A stretch of 64,000 nt of DNA, from the NCBI GenBank assembly GCA_965279035.1, contig OZ257142.1, forward strand, positions 1,456,580-1,520,579, given 5' to 3'. The notes beneath the pieces are model-generated. The model was not told where the DNA came from and made no database searches. It was given only the letters and a program-made list of their open reading frames with translations. The position numbers and the translations under genes were made by a program. The DNA is from Bacteroidia bacterium (lineage in GTDB: Bacteria > Bacteroidota > Bacteroidia > M30B66). Below, piece after piece: positions 51,300 through 61,086 of the stretch (position 1 is the stretch's first letter; each line of letters begins with the position of its first letter).

Positions 51300-52919
51300 T
51301 TATGGTTGTTCCTGAACTGTTTTTCCTTTTGGATATTCGACCGTATAACTGAAGCGAATTTTCTTGCTATCGTTCGGTTTGATGGTGTAATTCCAGAAAA
51401 GTTTTCCGTATTCCTCGGTGTATTCGGCACCTTGTTTATCGAGTAATTCTACTTTGATTTCGTTACGACGAGAAAGTGGAATTTGATCTAAGATTTCGAT
51501 ATCGATTGCCGCTCCTTTGTTATTACGGATGGTAGTTTCCCACACATAACTATCTTTTTGTGTGTTCTCGAAAAATTTCTTGGATGATTTATCTACCACA
51601 CGAATTCGTTTTACCACGATACGTTCGTCGCGACCTAGAGAAATAAGCAGCGTATCGCTCGAAACGGAAGGATTTAGCTGCGTTTGTCCAACATACATAT
51701 CATCGAAAAAGATGTTTGCAGGTCCTGCTAGCATGTTGTATTTTCCATAATCGGTGATTTTAGCTAACAAGAATGCCGCTTGCTCGAGTTTCGGAACCAC
51801 ATGGTATTTGTAGGTTGCAGGAACATTGTAGGTTTGAATCGCACAAATATGTTCTTTGCCATCGGAAGGAATATTTTGGCGCGCTTCAATTTCGAATTCA
51901 ACATTGATATCACTCTCGCTCACATTGACTTCGTAATTGTATGGATTTTCATCATCCTCAGCCACGGCATCTTTCCTCATTACTTTAGATTCAACCTGCA
52001 TCATATTCATTGCTGCTCCTGCGTTTGACAACGTTGTAGCTTGTGTACGATACACGTAATAATCGATATATTTAGGAGTCATAATTGGGCGATTATTATT
52101 CATGCTTGGATTGGCTGTTGAAATTGTAATTTTCACATCTTTCCAATCGTTGCCAGTGCTTTGATATAGTTTGGCTTTATAGAAAATATTGACTGGTTGT
52201 GTGGTGTTTTGTACTTTGATATCGTACATCGGTGCCCAGCCAGCTTGATTTACGAGATAGGTTGGATGAATGGTCAATGCTCCGCCGGTTTCGGAAGAAA
52301 AACTAAGGACAATTTCTTTTACCGGTTCTTTTAATTTCACACCCATATCGTTGAGCTGTTGTTGAAATTTTTCTGTTTTCTCGGTGAAGCGCGCTACTTT
52401 AAGATTCAGATCGAATAACTTCTTTCTTAAATCCATTAAACGTGAACGGTAAAAATCGGCTAGGACAATGAGTTCTGCAGGTTTCAAACCTTCTTTGGTG
52501 CTCCCAAGTTTGGTGTTGTTGTCGATCAGCGCAATTTCGCCAGTCCAAACTGCGCGTTGTTCTTCGAACCACGTTAATTCTTGTTGAAATGCTTTGATGG
52601 AATCTCGAAGTCGATCGGCTTTCGGATCTTTTGGAGCTGCATTTTCTTCGGTAAAATAATTGATGCGCGTTGTTGCCGAGAGTAAAGTTGCCGCACCTTT
52701 CACACCCACTTGCAAACTTGCATCGATCATGAATGTTGAAATTCCGGAAATAACCACATCCGAATTTCCTTTCGGAATGGTCACATTTAAAGCGCGGGAT
52801 TCTTTCGCTTGATTACGGTAAATAGTGACATCGATAATTTTTGAGCTCGCCGGAATTTCGTCGGCACGGACCGATAAGGCCGCAGTTAGCAGGAGCACGA
52901 ATGCAAAACGTGATTTCAT
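51300..52919 (-). CDS. DUF4139/DUF4140 (MuiA-like, TIGR02231-type) secreted protein
   Basis: Signal peptide MKSRFAFVLLLTAALSVRA. N-terminal VTIYRNQAKESR, a central coiled coil and a C-terminal beta-rich domain. Family call is from memory. Confidence 0.65.
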   Translation of the reverse strand: MKSRFAFVLLLTAALSVRADEIPASSKIIDVTIYRNQAKESRALNVTIPKGNSDVVISGISTFMIDASLQVGVKGAATLLSATTRINYFTEENAAPKDPKADRLRDSIKAFQQELTWFEEQRAVWTGEIALIDNNTKLGSTKEGLKPAELIVLADFYRSRLMDLRKKLFDLNLKVARFTEKTEKFQQQLNDMGVKLKEPVKEIVLSFSSETGGALTIHPTYLVNQAGWAPMYDIKVQNTTQPVNIFYKAKLYQSTGNDWKDVKITISTANPSMNNNRPIMTPKYIDYYVYRTQATTLSNAGAAMNMMQVESKVMRKDAVAEDDENPYNYEVNVSESDINVEFEIEARQNIPSDGKEHICAIQTYNVPATYKYHVVPKLEQAAFLLAKITDYGKYNMLAGPANIFFDDMYVGQTQLNPSVSSDTLLISLGRDERIVVKRIRVVDKSSKKFFENTQKDSYVWETTIRNNKGAAIDIEILDQIPLSRRNEIKVELLDKQGAEYTEEYGKLFWNYTIKPNDSKKIRFSYTVEYPKGKTVQEQP

Positions 52920-53039
52920 TTTATCTAAATTTTAATTGGAAGCTCGAGAGAATTGAGCCATTGCCTTTGCGGCGCGCGCCCTTTTCAAAATCCAAGCCAG
53001 CATGTTTGTTCTGCCTCTTTGCCCGATTTTAAAAAAGGT

Positions 53040-53693
53040 TCAGTGCTTTTGAATGGAATTAAAGACAAGAGACTCTATAAACTCGGTCATTTTAGCCTCT
53101 TTGTTGTTGATTGTGAAGTCGGTAAGAGAAGGTAAATTTTCTTGAAAAAATTTTTGAGAATGTGCTATTTCTAACATCGATGTGGCCAATGAATGAGCAA
53201 ACCCATACTGAGGATTTATTTCGAGTAATACTTTTGCTATGCGTTGACAAAGATCTTTGTATGGCTTAAAAAGTCGAGCTTGATTGTCTTCACTAACATG
53301 ATGCGTTAAATACGATTTTGAACCTTCCCAGATAGCCAATTGAAGAGCTTCTTTTTCAGGAATAAATGCAGAAAGATTCGAATTATCTACTGGTTCACGT
53401 ACTAGAATTTGAATGATGTTTTTCAGTTTTTGAATAGGATCAGAAATGTTATTCATGCTGAATATGACTTTGTATTCGAGAAAGCTCCAATACCACGTAA
53501 TCAGGTAGGTGAGTAGACGATGTTTGTTTTCGAAATACCGATAAATACCGGCTTCGGTCGTTTCAATTTCGGAAGCGAGTTTTTTAAATGTGAAATTTTC
53601 GAAACCCAGTTTATTGATCAACAGCAGGCCATGATGAACGATTTTTCTTCCTAAGACTGTCTCTTCGGGGTTTCGGAGAAAAAGTTTCTCATT
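53040..53693 (-). CDS. TetR/AcrR-family transcriptional repressor
   Basis: N-terminal HTH GFENFTFKKLASEIETTEAGIYRYFENKHRLL. Start moved to MNEKLF. Divergent from the efflux operon. Confidence 0.85.
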   Translation of the reverse strand, partial: NEKLFLRNPEETVLGRKIVHHGLLLINKLGFENFTFKKLASEIETTEAGIYRYFENKHRLLTYLITWYWSFLEYKVIFSMNNISDPIQKLKNIIQILVREPVDNSNLSAFIPEKEALQLAIWEGSKSYLTHHVSEDNQARLFKPYKDLCQRIAKVLLEINPQYGFAHSLATSMLEIAHSQKFFQENLPSLTDFTINNKEAKMTEFIESLVFNSIQKH

Positions 53694-53753
53694 CATTTTA
53701 ATCTTTATTTCAAGCTCCATAAACAAATTCGGTTTTATTCCGTTTTCAGCTAA

Positions 53754-53789
53754 GATAGTAAAACTATCATTTAAAGTAATGTTACTATC
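53754..53789. promoter_or_regulatory. Candidate TetR operator: inverted and direct repeats of ACTATC
   Basis: GATAGT-aaa-ACTATC (53754-53768), AGTAA-tg-TTACT (53775-53786) and a second ACTATC (53084-53089 offset within 53784-53789). All lie in the 116-nt divergent spacer. Confidence 0.4.
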
Positions 53790-53809
53790 TTTGTTTTTTG
53801 ATTTGAATT

Positions 53810-56059
53810 ATGAATCAATCGAAGTTATTATTCAAGTGGTTGCTCAAAGAGCGAAACATCATCAGTAAGATATACTTGTTGGCTTTGCTTCAAGGTGCAA
53901 TGTATTTGATTATTCCATTAGGAATTCAAGGTGTTGTCACATTTGTGATGGCAGGAAGTATTTCAGCATCCTTGTTTCTACTATGTGGAATTGTTGTTTT
54001 GGCAGTTTTATTTATTGGCTTACTACAGATTTGGCAAATGCGTTTGAATGAAAGCATGCATGAAACAATCTTCGGAGATGTGGCAGCTCGCATTGGATTT
54101 TATTTGAATAATAAAAAGTTAACTGCCGAAATACTTTCTCGTATCAATCATTTTTTTGAAGTAGTAACGCTTCAAAAAGGGATCAGTAAGATTGTATTAG
54201 ATTTTTCTTTTTCCATAATCAGTATTGTATTTGGATTAATCATTTTGCCCTTTTATAACAGTTTGTTTTTCTCTTTAACATTGATTTTAGGAGCATTTTT
54301 CTATTTTATTGTTCGACATTATGGAAAAGCTGGAATTGATTCAAATATTGAAACATCGAATCAGAAATACCGATTGGTTGAATTATTTCAAACTGAAAAG
54401 GGGATTGAGGAAAATGAAAACTCAGCTTTTATTTCACAAGTCGATGAAGTATTGGAATCCTATTTTATTCAACGGAAAAGCCATTATGGAGTTCTCGAAA
54501 AACAATACAAAGGCATTGTATTTTTTAAAGTCCTTTTTATTGCCATATTGTTGTTTCTCGGGGCTTTTTTAGTTCAAACAGGCGAATTAAATATTGGTCA
54601 ATTTGTAGCAACGGAAATCATCATTTTCTTGGTAATTAATTCCATCGAAAAACTGATTATTAGTTTAAATAGTTTTTATGATCTCATTACAGCAATTTAT
54701 AAGATTGAAAAAATCACCGAAACATCTCCCGAATATTCTATTTTCAGTAAGCAGTCGAAAACCCTGAAAAGTTTCGATTCTATTTATAAACGGCCTTATT
54801 CTAAAGTGATTAAGGTGTTTGTTTATTCTATGTGTTTGTGTGGTTTAGTAATTTTATTTCTACCATGGACTCAAAACGTAGAATCGACTGGTTTTGTAAC
54901 AACATTAAATCCCGCCAATCGGCCCCAAACAATTACTTCACGAATATCGGGGCGTGTCGAAAAATGGTTTATACAGGATGGCGATCTGGTTAAGAAAAAT
55001 GATACGATAGCTTATATATCGGAGATTAAAGAAGAATATATCGATCCTAACTTGCTTTCACGTTCGGAGTCGCAAATCCAATCGAAAGAATCGGCAATGG
55101 AATCGTTTGAGCAAAAGATAAATTCGGTGAATGCTCAAATTGATGCCTTGAATAAATCTTTGCGAATGAAATTAGCACAAGCTCGAAATAAGATTGTTCA
55201 AGGTAAAATGAAAGTGACCAGTGATAGTACTGAGTCAATTACAGCAACAAGCAATTTGAAAGTTGCAGAAACTCAGTTAATGCGCTATGAGGATTTATTT
55301 AATAAAGGTGTTGTTTCACGAACTGATTTGGAAAATAGGAGAGTAAAAGTTCAGGAAGCAATAGCGAAGAAAACGGCTGCTGAAAATAAATTCTTCGGTA
55401 CTAAAAATGAGCTACTTAACACCGAAATAGAACTAAATTCAATTCAACAAGAATATGCCGAAAAGCTGATGAAAGCTGATTCTGAAAAGTATTCGGTCAT
55501 GTCGGCTTTATTTGAAGCAGAAGGTTCACTCACGAAACTTCAAAACCAATTGGTGAATTACAGCATGCGACAAGGTTTCTATTATGTATTGGCACCACAA
55601 GAAGGATACATTCATAATACAAAAATTCAAGGCATTGGTGAGATAGTAAAAGAAGGCGCAGCATTATGCAGTATAGTTCCATCTCAATCGGAACAAGTTG
55701 TTGAATTATATATCGATCCGGTGAATTTGCCTTTAATTCAACAAGGTCAAACGGTGCAGCTCACATTTGATGGTTGGCCTGCTTTTGTTTTTTCGGGTTG
55801 GCCAGGAATGAGTTCAGGTACGTATCCAGCCGAAGTGATTGCTTATGACCGGGTGATTTCTCCCAATGGTAAGTTTAGGATTTTAGCAAAAGGTAAAGGA
55901 AAACGTTGGCCAGAAGCCATTCAAGTAGGTGGTGGTGTGAAAGGGTTTGCACTCTTAAGAAATGTCCCACTTGTTTACGAAATGTGGAGAAAAATCAATG
56001 GTTTTCCTCCCGAGTTTTATCAGAAATCGAAAAGCACTATTTCGGATGAAAAGAATTAA
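53810..56059 (+). CDS. Fusion protein: ABC-exporter-type six-helix transmembrane domain (no nucleotide-binding domain) plus a HlyD-family membrane-fusion/adaptor protein
   Basis: aa 1 to about 300: six TM helices with an ABC_membrane-like layout, ending in the usual post-TM6 helix (ITAIYKIEKITE). From about aa 320: a TM anchor (VFVYSMCLCGLVILFLPW), lipoyl-like ITSRISGRVEKWFIQDGDLVKKNDTIAYISE, a long coiled coil and a beta-barrel. No Walker A, Walker B or LSGGQ motif anywhere in the protein. Confidence 0.7.
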   Translation: MNQSKLLFKWLLKERNIISKIYLLALLQGAMYLIIPLGIQGVVTFVMAGSISASLFLLCGIVVLAVLFIGLLQIWQMRLNESMHETIFGDVAARIGFYLNNKKLTAEILSRINHFFEVVTLQKGISKIVLDFSFSIISIVFGLIILPFYNSLFFSLTLILGAFFYFIVRHYGKAGIDSNIETSNQKYRLVELFQTEKGIEENENSAFISQVDEVLESYFIQRKSHYGVLEKQYKGIVFFKVLFIAILLFLGAFLVQTGELNIGQFVATEIIIFLVINSIEKLIISLNSFYDLITAIYKIEKITETSPEYSIFSKQSKTLKSFDSIYKRPYSKVIKVFVYSMCLCGLVILFLPWTQNVESTGFVTTLNPANRPQTITSRISGRVEKWFIQDGDLVKKNDTIAYISEIKEEYIDPNLLSRSESQIQSKESAMESFEQKINSVNAQIDALNKSLRMKLAQARNKIVQGKMKVTSDSTESITATSNLKVAETQLMRYEDLFNKGVVSRTDLENRRVKVQEAIAKKTAAENKFFGTKNELLNTEIELNSIQQEYAEKLMKADSEKYSVMSALFEAEGSLTKLQNQLVNYSMRQGFYYVLAPQEGYIHNTKIQGIGEIVKEGAALCSIVPSQSEQVVELYIDPVNLPLIQQGQTVQLTFDGWPAFVFSGWPGMSSGTYPAEVIAYDRVISPNGKFRILAKGKGKRWPEAIQVGGGVKGFALLRNVPLVYEMWRKINGFPPEFYQKSKSTISDEKN

Positions 56060-57452
56060 TAGCTTAGTTGTACTGTTATATTTTCCTTTTTGGGGGATTT
56101 ATCAAAGTTCCGAAGCTCAAGTTGTGTTGAGTTATCAGTCATTTCTAAATCATGTATTAGAAAATAATCCAATTGCCAAGCGCGCATTGAGTTTTCAACG
56201 ACTGGGTGAATATCAAGTTCAATCGGCTCGAGGAGCTTATGATCCATTTTTTGAGGGGAAACATGAAAATAAATTCTTCAATGGAATGAATTATTATTCA
56301 GTAACAAATACTGAAATAAAGCAAGCACTTTTTACCTCCAATTATTTAAAAGCAGGTTATGATTATGGAATAGGAAATTATGTCAATCCGGAACTCCAAA
56401 CAAGCTCATTTGGAATTCCATATATTGGTATGGAAGTATCCTTATTACAAGGAATGATGATTGACAAACGAAGAGCAGATGTATTAAAATCCCGGAACTA
56501 TTTAAACTATTATTCTGCTGAGAAAGACCATCAATTGAATCAATTATTACTTGAAACATCTTTGTCTTTTTTCGATTGGATGTTTAGTTTAAAACAAGTA
56601 TCTCTTACAAACTATTTCTTACAATTAGCTCAACAACGTTATCGTGGAATTGAGTCAATGGCGGCCCTTGGTGAGCGACCATCTGTTGATACGATTGAAG
56701 CCTCCTTGTTTTTACAATCTCGCCAATTAGAGCTTCAAAGTGCTGAGATAGAATATCTCAAAAATCAAAATCAAATCGCATCTTTCAATTGGCAAGCAAA
56801 CGGAAGTGCATCGCAATCAATTCGATTTATTCCAATGGATAGTTTGGAAACTTATTTCGAAAAAGCTAAATCCATCCTTGGAACTCGTTTATATCAAGAC
56901 TCAATTCGAAATCCATTGATTTCTAAATACACTGCATTCCAGCATGTACTTGATATTGATAAGCGCTTGAAAAAAGAAATGATCAAGCCCAAATTAAATA
57001 TGAATTACAATTTGTTGTCTAATAATTCAGCTGCATATTCTCCATTTTTTTCAAGCAATAGTTATAAATGGGGCATACAAGTTTCCTTTCCACTTTTTTT
57101 AAGAACGCCTATTAATGAATATCGAATTGCAGGAATTGCTAGTTCGAATAATCAATTTGAATTGCAAAATAAAAACAATGAGCTGCAATTTAAGCTAACA
57201 ATGCTTTCTCAAACAATAGATGTATTAGCTGCTCAGCTTATAAATGCAGAAAAAACAGTTTTGTATAGTCGGAAATTGGTTGAAGCCGAAAAGCAAAAAT
57301 TTGAATTGGGCGAAAGTTCGCTCTTCCTGATCAATACGCGCGAAGCAAAATGGTTAGAATCTGAATTGAAATTAGCTGAATACAAATTAAAATTTATCAA
57401 ATCCATTGTACAAATTATCTATTACAAAGGGAATTTGAATTATGAGTTTTAA
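56046..57452 (+). CDS. TolC-family outer-membrane efflux protein
   Basis: Signal peptide MKRINSLVVLLYFPFWGIYQSSEAQ (start moved to 56046; 14-nt overlap with the upstream gene). Two OEP-like helical repeats. Confidence 0.8.
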   Translation: MKRINSLVVLLYFPFWGIYQSSEAQVVLSYQSFLNHVLENNPIAKRALSFQRLGEYQVQSARGAYDPFFEGKHENKFFNGMNYYSVTNTEIKQALFTSNYLKAGYDYGIGNYVNPELQTSSFGIPYIGMEVSLLQGMMIDKRRADVLKSRNYLNYYSAEKDHQLNQLLLETSLSFFDWMFSLKQVSLTNYFLQLAQQRYRGIESMAALGERPSVDTIEASLFLQSRQLELQSAEIEYLKNQNQIASFNWQANGSASQSIRFIPMDSLETYFEKAKSILGTRLYQDSIRNPLISKYTAFQHVLDIDKRLKKEMIKPKLNMNYNLLSNNSAAYSPFFSSNSYKWGIQVSFPLFLRTPINEYRIAGIASSNNQFELQNKNNELQFKLTMLSQTIDVLAAQLINAEKTVLYSRKLVEAEKQKFELGESSLFLINTREAKWLESELKLAEYKLKFIKSIVQIIYYKGNLNYEF

Positions 57453-57458
57453 TTTAAA

Positions 57459-58382
57459 TTAATACGTCTGAGTCCATTGAAAATGCTCATTCACAATTCG
57501 TGTTTTATTTTCTTTAAGATGTTCTAGAAATGCTTGTGCAACATAATTATGTTTTTTACCCTTTAACCAGATTAAATTCCAACTTGTTTTTATTGGAAGT
57601 CCTTTTACCGGCAAAATCGATAAATCACCATTCAAAATTTCATTTTTTATTCCTATAAGTGGCATAATGGAACAGCCTAACCCAGCTATTATAGCCTGTT
57701 TGACAGCTTCATTTGAGGTCAATTCAAGTTTTTTACGGATGAATAATTGATTCTTTTGAAGGAATTGTTCCATAGATTGCCGCGTACCAGAACCAAGTTC
57801 CCGATATATTAATGCTAATTCTTCTATGAAATTGGGAGATTTCGGTTTAGAAGAAGGTGTATAATCTTTATTCCCAACTAAAAACAGTTTATTCTCCATT
57901 AATTCGAGCTTCTCTATTTGAATTGATTCAGGTAAAATAGAGACCAAAGCTAAATCAGTTTCATTCTTTTCTAACTTTTCAAGCACTTTTGCTTTATTGG
58001 AAACATCTAAGTTTAATTCAATTCCAGGGTGCTTTTTAAAAAATTCGCTTAATATATATGGCATAATATATTTTCCAGTTGATACTATTGAAATAGTGAG
58101 TTTACCACTTAAGAAACCTTTGTAAGCAAGCGTTTTATAATTTATAGCATATACTTCTTGAAGGATTTTTTCTGCAGCTTGTGCTATCTCATTTCCAAAT
58201 TCAGTAACATATAATCTTCTTCCAATAATCTCTGTAAGTGGAATCTCAAATTGATCTTGAAAATTTTTTAATTGAATTGATACTGCTGGTTGGGTTAAGT
58301 TCAATTCCTCGGCTGCTTTAGTTATACTAAGCATCTGAGTTACTTTTAAAAAAACCTGTAATTGATGAAGTGTATATTGCAT
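57459..58382 (-). CDS. LysR-family transcriptional regulator
   Basis: LHQLQVFLKVTQMLSITKAAEELNLTQPAVSIQLKNFQDQF is a winged HTH, followed by a LysR substrate-binding domain. Confidence 0.9.
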   Translation of the reverse strand: MQYTLHQLQVFLKVTQMLSITKAAEELNLTQPAVSIQLKNFQDQFEIPLTEIIGRRLYVTEFGNEIAQAAEKILQEVYAINYKTLAYKGFLSGKLTISIVSTGKYIMPYILSEFFKKHPGIELNLDVSNKAKVLEKLEKNETDLALVSILPESIQIEKLELMENKLFLVGNKDYTPSSKPKSPNFIEELALIYRELGSGTRQSMEQFLQKNQLFIRKKLELTSNEAVKQAIIAGLGCSIMPLIGIKNEILNGDLSILPVKGLPIKTSWNLIWLKGKKHNYVAQAFLEHLKENKTRIVNEHFQWTQTY

Positions 58383-58441
58383 TTTTCTAAATTTTAGAAC
58401 TTAAACATTAATTTTCTGCATTAGTTCACTCTTAAAAAAAA

Positions 58442-59272
58442 TTAAGGATTACAGATATAACAATACATTGGATCCGCTTTTTCTCCCTTCAAATTTACTG
58501 CTTCTTCTTTTTCAAATTCACATGTTATACATGTATGTATTTTTGATTTTGTTTGATTACTTGGTGTTCCACATTGAGAGCATGGCATACCGGTTTTTAC
58601 TCGAGTAACAGCAAAGCCTGGTGCATCACACATTGGACATAAGCTGTTTATTTTCACAATTAATTCCTTACAAACCGCTTCAATGGATTTCATTCGTGTA
58701 GGATTATGAAAGGCTCTCATATCAGTTTCTATAAGTACTTTTCCTTCAGTCTTTTTTATTTGCTTAACCAATTTAATAATTTCAATTTCATCGTGGAGTC
58801 CTTTAACTATTTTGGAAGATGATTTTAATATAATTCCATGACTTGGAAATTGTACTTGTTTTAAGAAATTAAATAACTCACTTTCAGATTGAATTTCTTC
58901 TGATGCATAATTGGTATTGGTGCTAATAATTCGAGCACTTATCTCCCACTTGTTTTTTTTATCAATTAGTAAAAGTATTTCTTCATTTGATGGAATAAAA
59001 AAGTAGTTAGGATGTGGTCCAAATGAACCTTCACTAGCTATTCCTAGATCACAGTTTGTCAAATTCATTGCTTATAAGCATTTTTCTCTGGCTATATTTA
59101 ACGGTGAGTTTTTTCGTTCTATTTCACCGCTGAATGTCCCAAACACATCTGAATCAAATCCCTCAGGGAGAAAGCATTTCACTTGTAAATTTTGTTCTAA
59201 AATTGGGGCAATTACTTTCTCCTTATGATGCATAGTCGCAATCACTAAGTGACGGTTTTTAAATGCAAACAT
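58442..59272 (-). pseudogene. Conserved-hypothetical gene with two C-terminal zinc ribbons, split by one in-frame TAA (ORFs 59072..59272 and 58442..59068)
   Basis: The reverse strand reads AAA TGC TTA TAA GCA ATG AAT (..KCL*AMN..), and both ORFs are in the same frame. The C-terminus has CPMC...CSQC and CITC...CYIC pairs. Confidence 0.55.
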
Positions 59273-59574
59273 TATTTCTTGACTATATTTACTTCAGCCT
59301 GAAGTTCAATATTACCATTCGATTTTTCAATCTCCTTTCGAATCTCAAACAAATCTTTTTGTAAAGTCTGAATGCGTTTTTCTCTCATTTTTATGTCTTC
59401 TTCATTCAACTGATGATTGATTTTGCTTTCATGAAATCTAATTTTTACATGAATCATCTCAGTTAATATTTGCAAGGCATCTTTTGAGCTAAAATGACCT
59501 TTAATCAACTGTTTTGTAAAGGTTTTCTTATTGTCCTTGTCCTGCAGAATAAGCTGCTTTTCCTTCAAATTCAT
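59272..59574 (-). CDS. Hypothetical coiled-coil protein (about 100 aa)
   Basis: ORF only. Heptad-rich (EDIKMREKRIQTLQKDLFEIRKEIEK). It overlaps the icd 3' end by at least 46 nt and abuts the next gene. Confidence 0.35.
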   Translation of the reverse strand: MNLKEKQLILQDKDNKKTFTKQLIKGHFSSKDALQILTEMIHVKIRFHESKINHQLNEEDIKMREKRIQTLQKDLFEIRKEIEKSNGNIELQAEVNIVKK

Positions 59575-60967
59575 ATAGATTCTCGGTTTTAATGGTGTCA
59601 ATATTTTTCTTAAATGCATGTTGAAGAATATCAATGATTGATTCTTTACTAATGTTTAATGTATTATTGGAAACAAAGCGGCATCTCCAGTGATCGGTAC
59701 AGAATGTTTCTTTAAATCCTTCTGGCCACACTTTTATTCCACGATTCGTAATCATCGATAGATGTAATTCCTGATTGTTTAATTCTGAAATCTTACCAGC
59801 TAATTCATCCGGATTAGTTCCGCCCCAATGCACAAATACATCAACACCTTTCAATTCTTTTTTAGCTGATTTCTGCCTTGTATATATTGGTAATTCAAGT
59901 TTTCCTTTTGACGAATAGTGCACTGGTTGGAAAGTCTGTGGTTTTTTTCCTAAGTTTTTAATAACAGCTTTAGCAAACTCGAGTGTTCCAACTTGTTCGC
60001 GGCTAATTCCTTCTTTGAAAATATCATATGTATGAATGCCATCCTCCAAAGTTTTAAGCCAAGCATTTTGAATATTCTCAGCGATTTCATTTTGTCCAAT
60101 ATGATTTAACATCAAAATGGCACCTTGTAATAAGCCTGAAGGATTCGCTTTATTTTGTCCGGCTCTTCTCGGTGCTGAACCATGAATAGCTTCGAACATT
60201 GCGCATTCTTCTCCTATATTTGACGAACCTGCTAAACCTACCGACCCCGCTATTTGTGCTGCTACATCAGACAAAACATCTCCATATAAATTAGGCATTA
60301 CAATCACATCAAATAATTCTGGAGTATCTGCCATTTTAGCTGCACCGATATCAATAATCCAATGCTCATTTTCTATTTCTGGATATTCCAATGCTATTTC
60401 ATCAAATACTTTGTGAAACAAACCATCTGTTTGCTTCATGATATTGTCTTTGGTAAAACACGTCACCTTTTTACGCTTGTAATGTTTCGCATATTCAAAG
60501 GCATATCGGACAATTTTTTCACAACCAGGTCGACTAATTAACTTTAGACATTGAACAACTTCATCTGTTTGTTGATGTTCAATTCCTGCATATAAATCTT
60601 CTTCATTTTCACGTATGATTACCAAATCCATTTTTGGATGTTTGGTTTCTACGAATGGATGTAAACTCATGCACGGACGCACATTGGCGTATAGTCCCAA
60701 GAATTTGCGAGTTGTAACGTTTAAGCTTTTATATCCTCCACCTTGAGGTGTGGTAATGGGTGCTTTTAAAAAGATTTTATTTTTACGAATGATATCCCAT
60801 GATTCTTTTGATATTCCTGAAGTATTTCCTGCGAGATATACTTTTTCACCCACTTCTATTTCATCCCATTCGATTTTTGCACCTGCTGCAATTAATATAT
60901 TCAATGTGGCATCCATTATTTCAGGACCAATGCCATCACCTTTTGCAATTGTAATTCGAGTTATCAT
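59528..60967 (-). CDS. icd: NADP-dependent isocitrate dehydrogenase (isocitrate/isopropylmalate dehydrogenase family) with a C-terminal extension of about 140 aa
   Basis: KGDGIGPEI, SLNVTTRKFLGLYANVRP and the family signature NLYGDVLSDVAAQIAGSVGLAGSSNIG. Confidence 0.85.
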   Translation of the reverse strand: MITRITIAKGDGIGPEIMDATLNILIAAGAKIEWDEIEVGEKVYLAGNTSGISKESWDIIRKNKIFLKAPITTPQGGGYKSLNVTTRKFLGLYANVRPCMSLHPFVETKHPKMDLVIIRENEEDLYAGIEHQQTDEVVQCLKLISRPGCEKIVRYAFEYAKHYKRKKVTCFTKDNIMKQTDGLFHKVFDEIALEYPEIENEHWIIDIGAAKMADTPELFDVIVMPNLYGDVLSDVAAQIAGSVGLAGSSNIGEECAMFEAIHGSAPRRAGQNKANPSGLLQGAILMLNHIGQNEIAENIQNAWLKTLEDGIHTYDIFKEGISREQVGTLEFAKAVIKNLGKKPQTFQPVHYSSKGKLELPIYTRQKSAKKELKGVDVFVHWGGTNPDELAGKISELNNQELHLSMITNRGIKVWPEGFKETFCTDHWRCRFVSNNTLNISKESIIDILQHAFKKNIDTIKTENLYEFEGKAAYSAGQGQ

Positions 60968-61086
60968 GCAGATTTATTTTTCCGCAAAACTCAAAAGATT
61001 CAATCATTAATTTTAATTTTTTGATTTTATAAATAGGATAAAAAGAATTTATATTTCGCATTCTTAAGCCTATCAATTCAAGCCAT

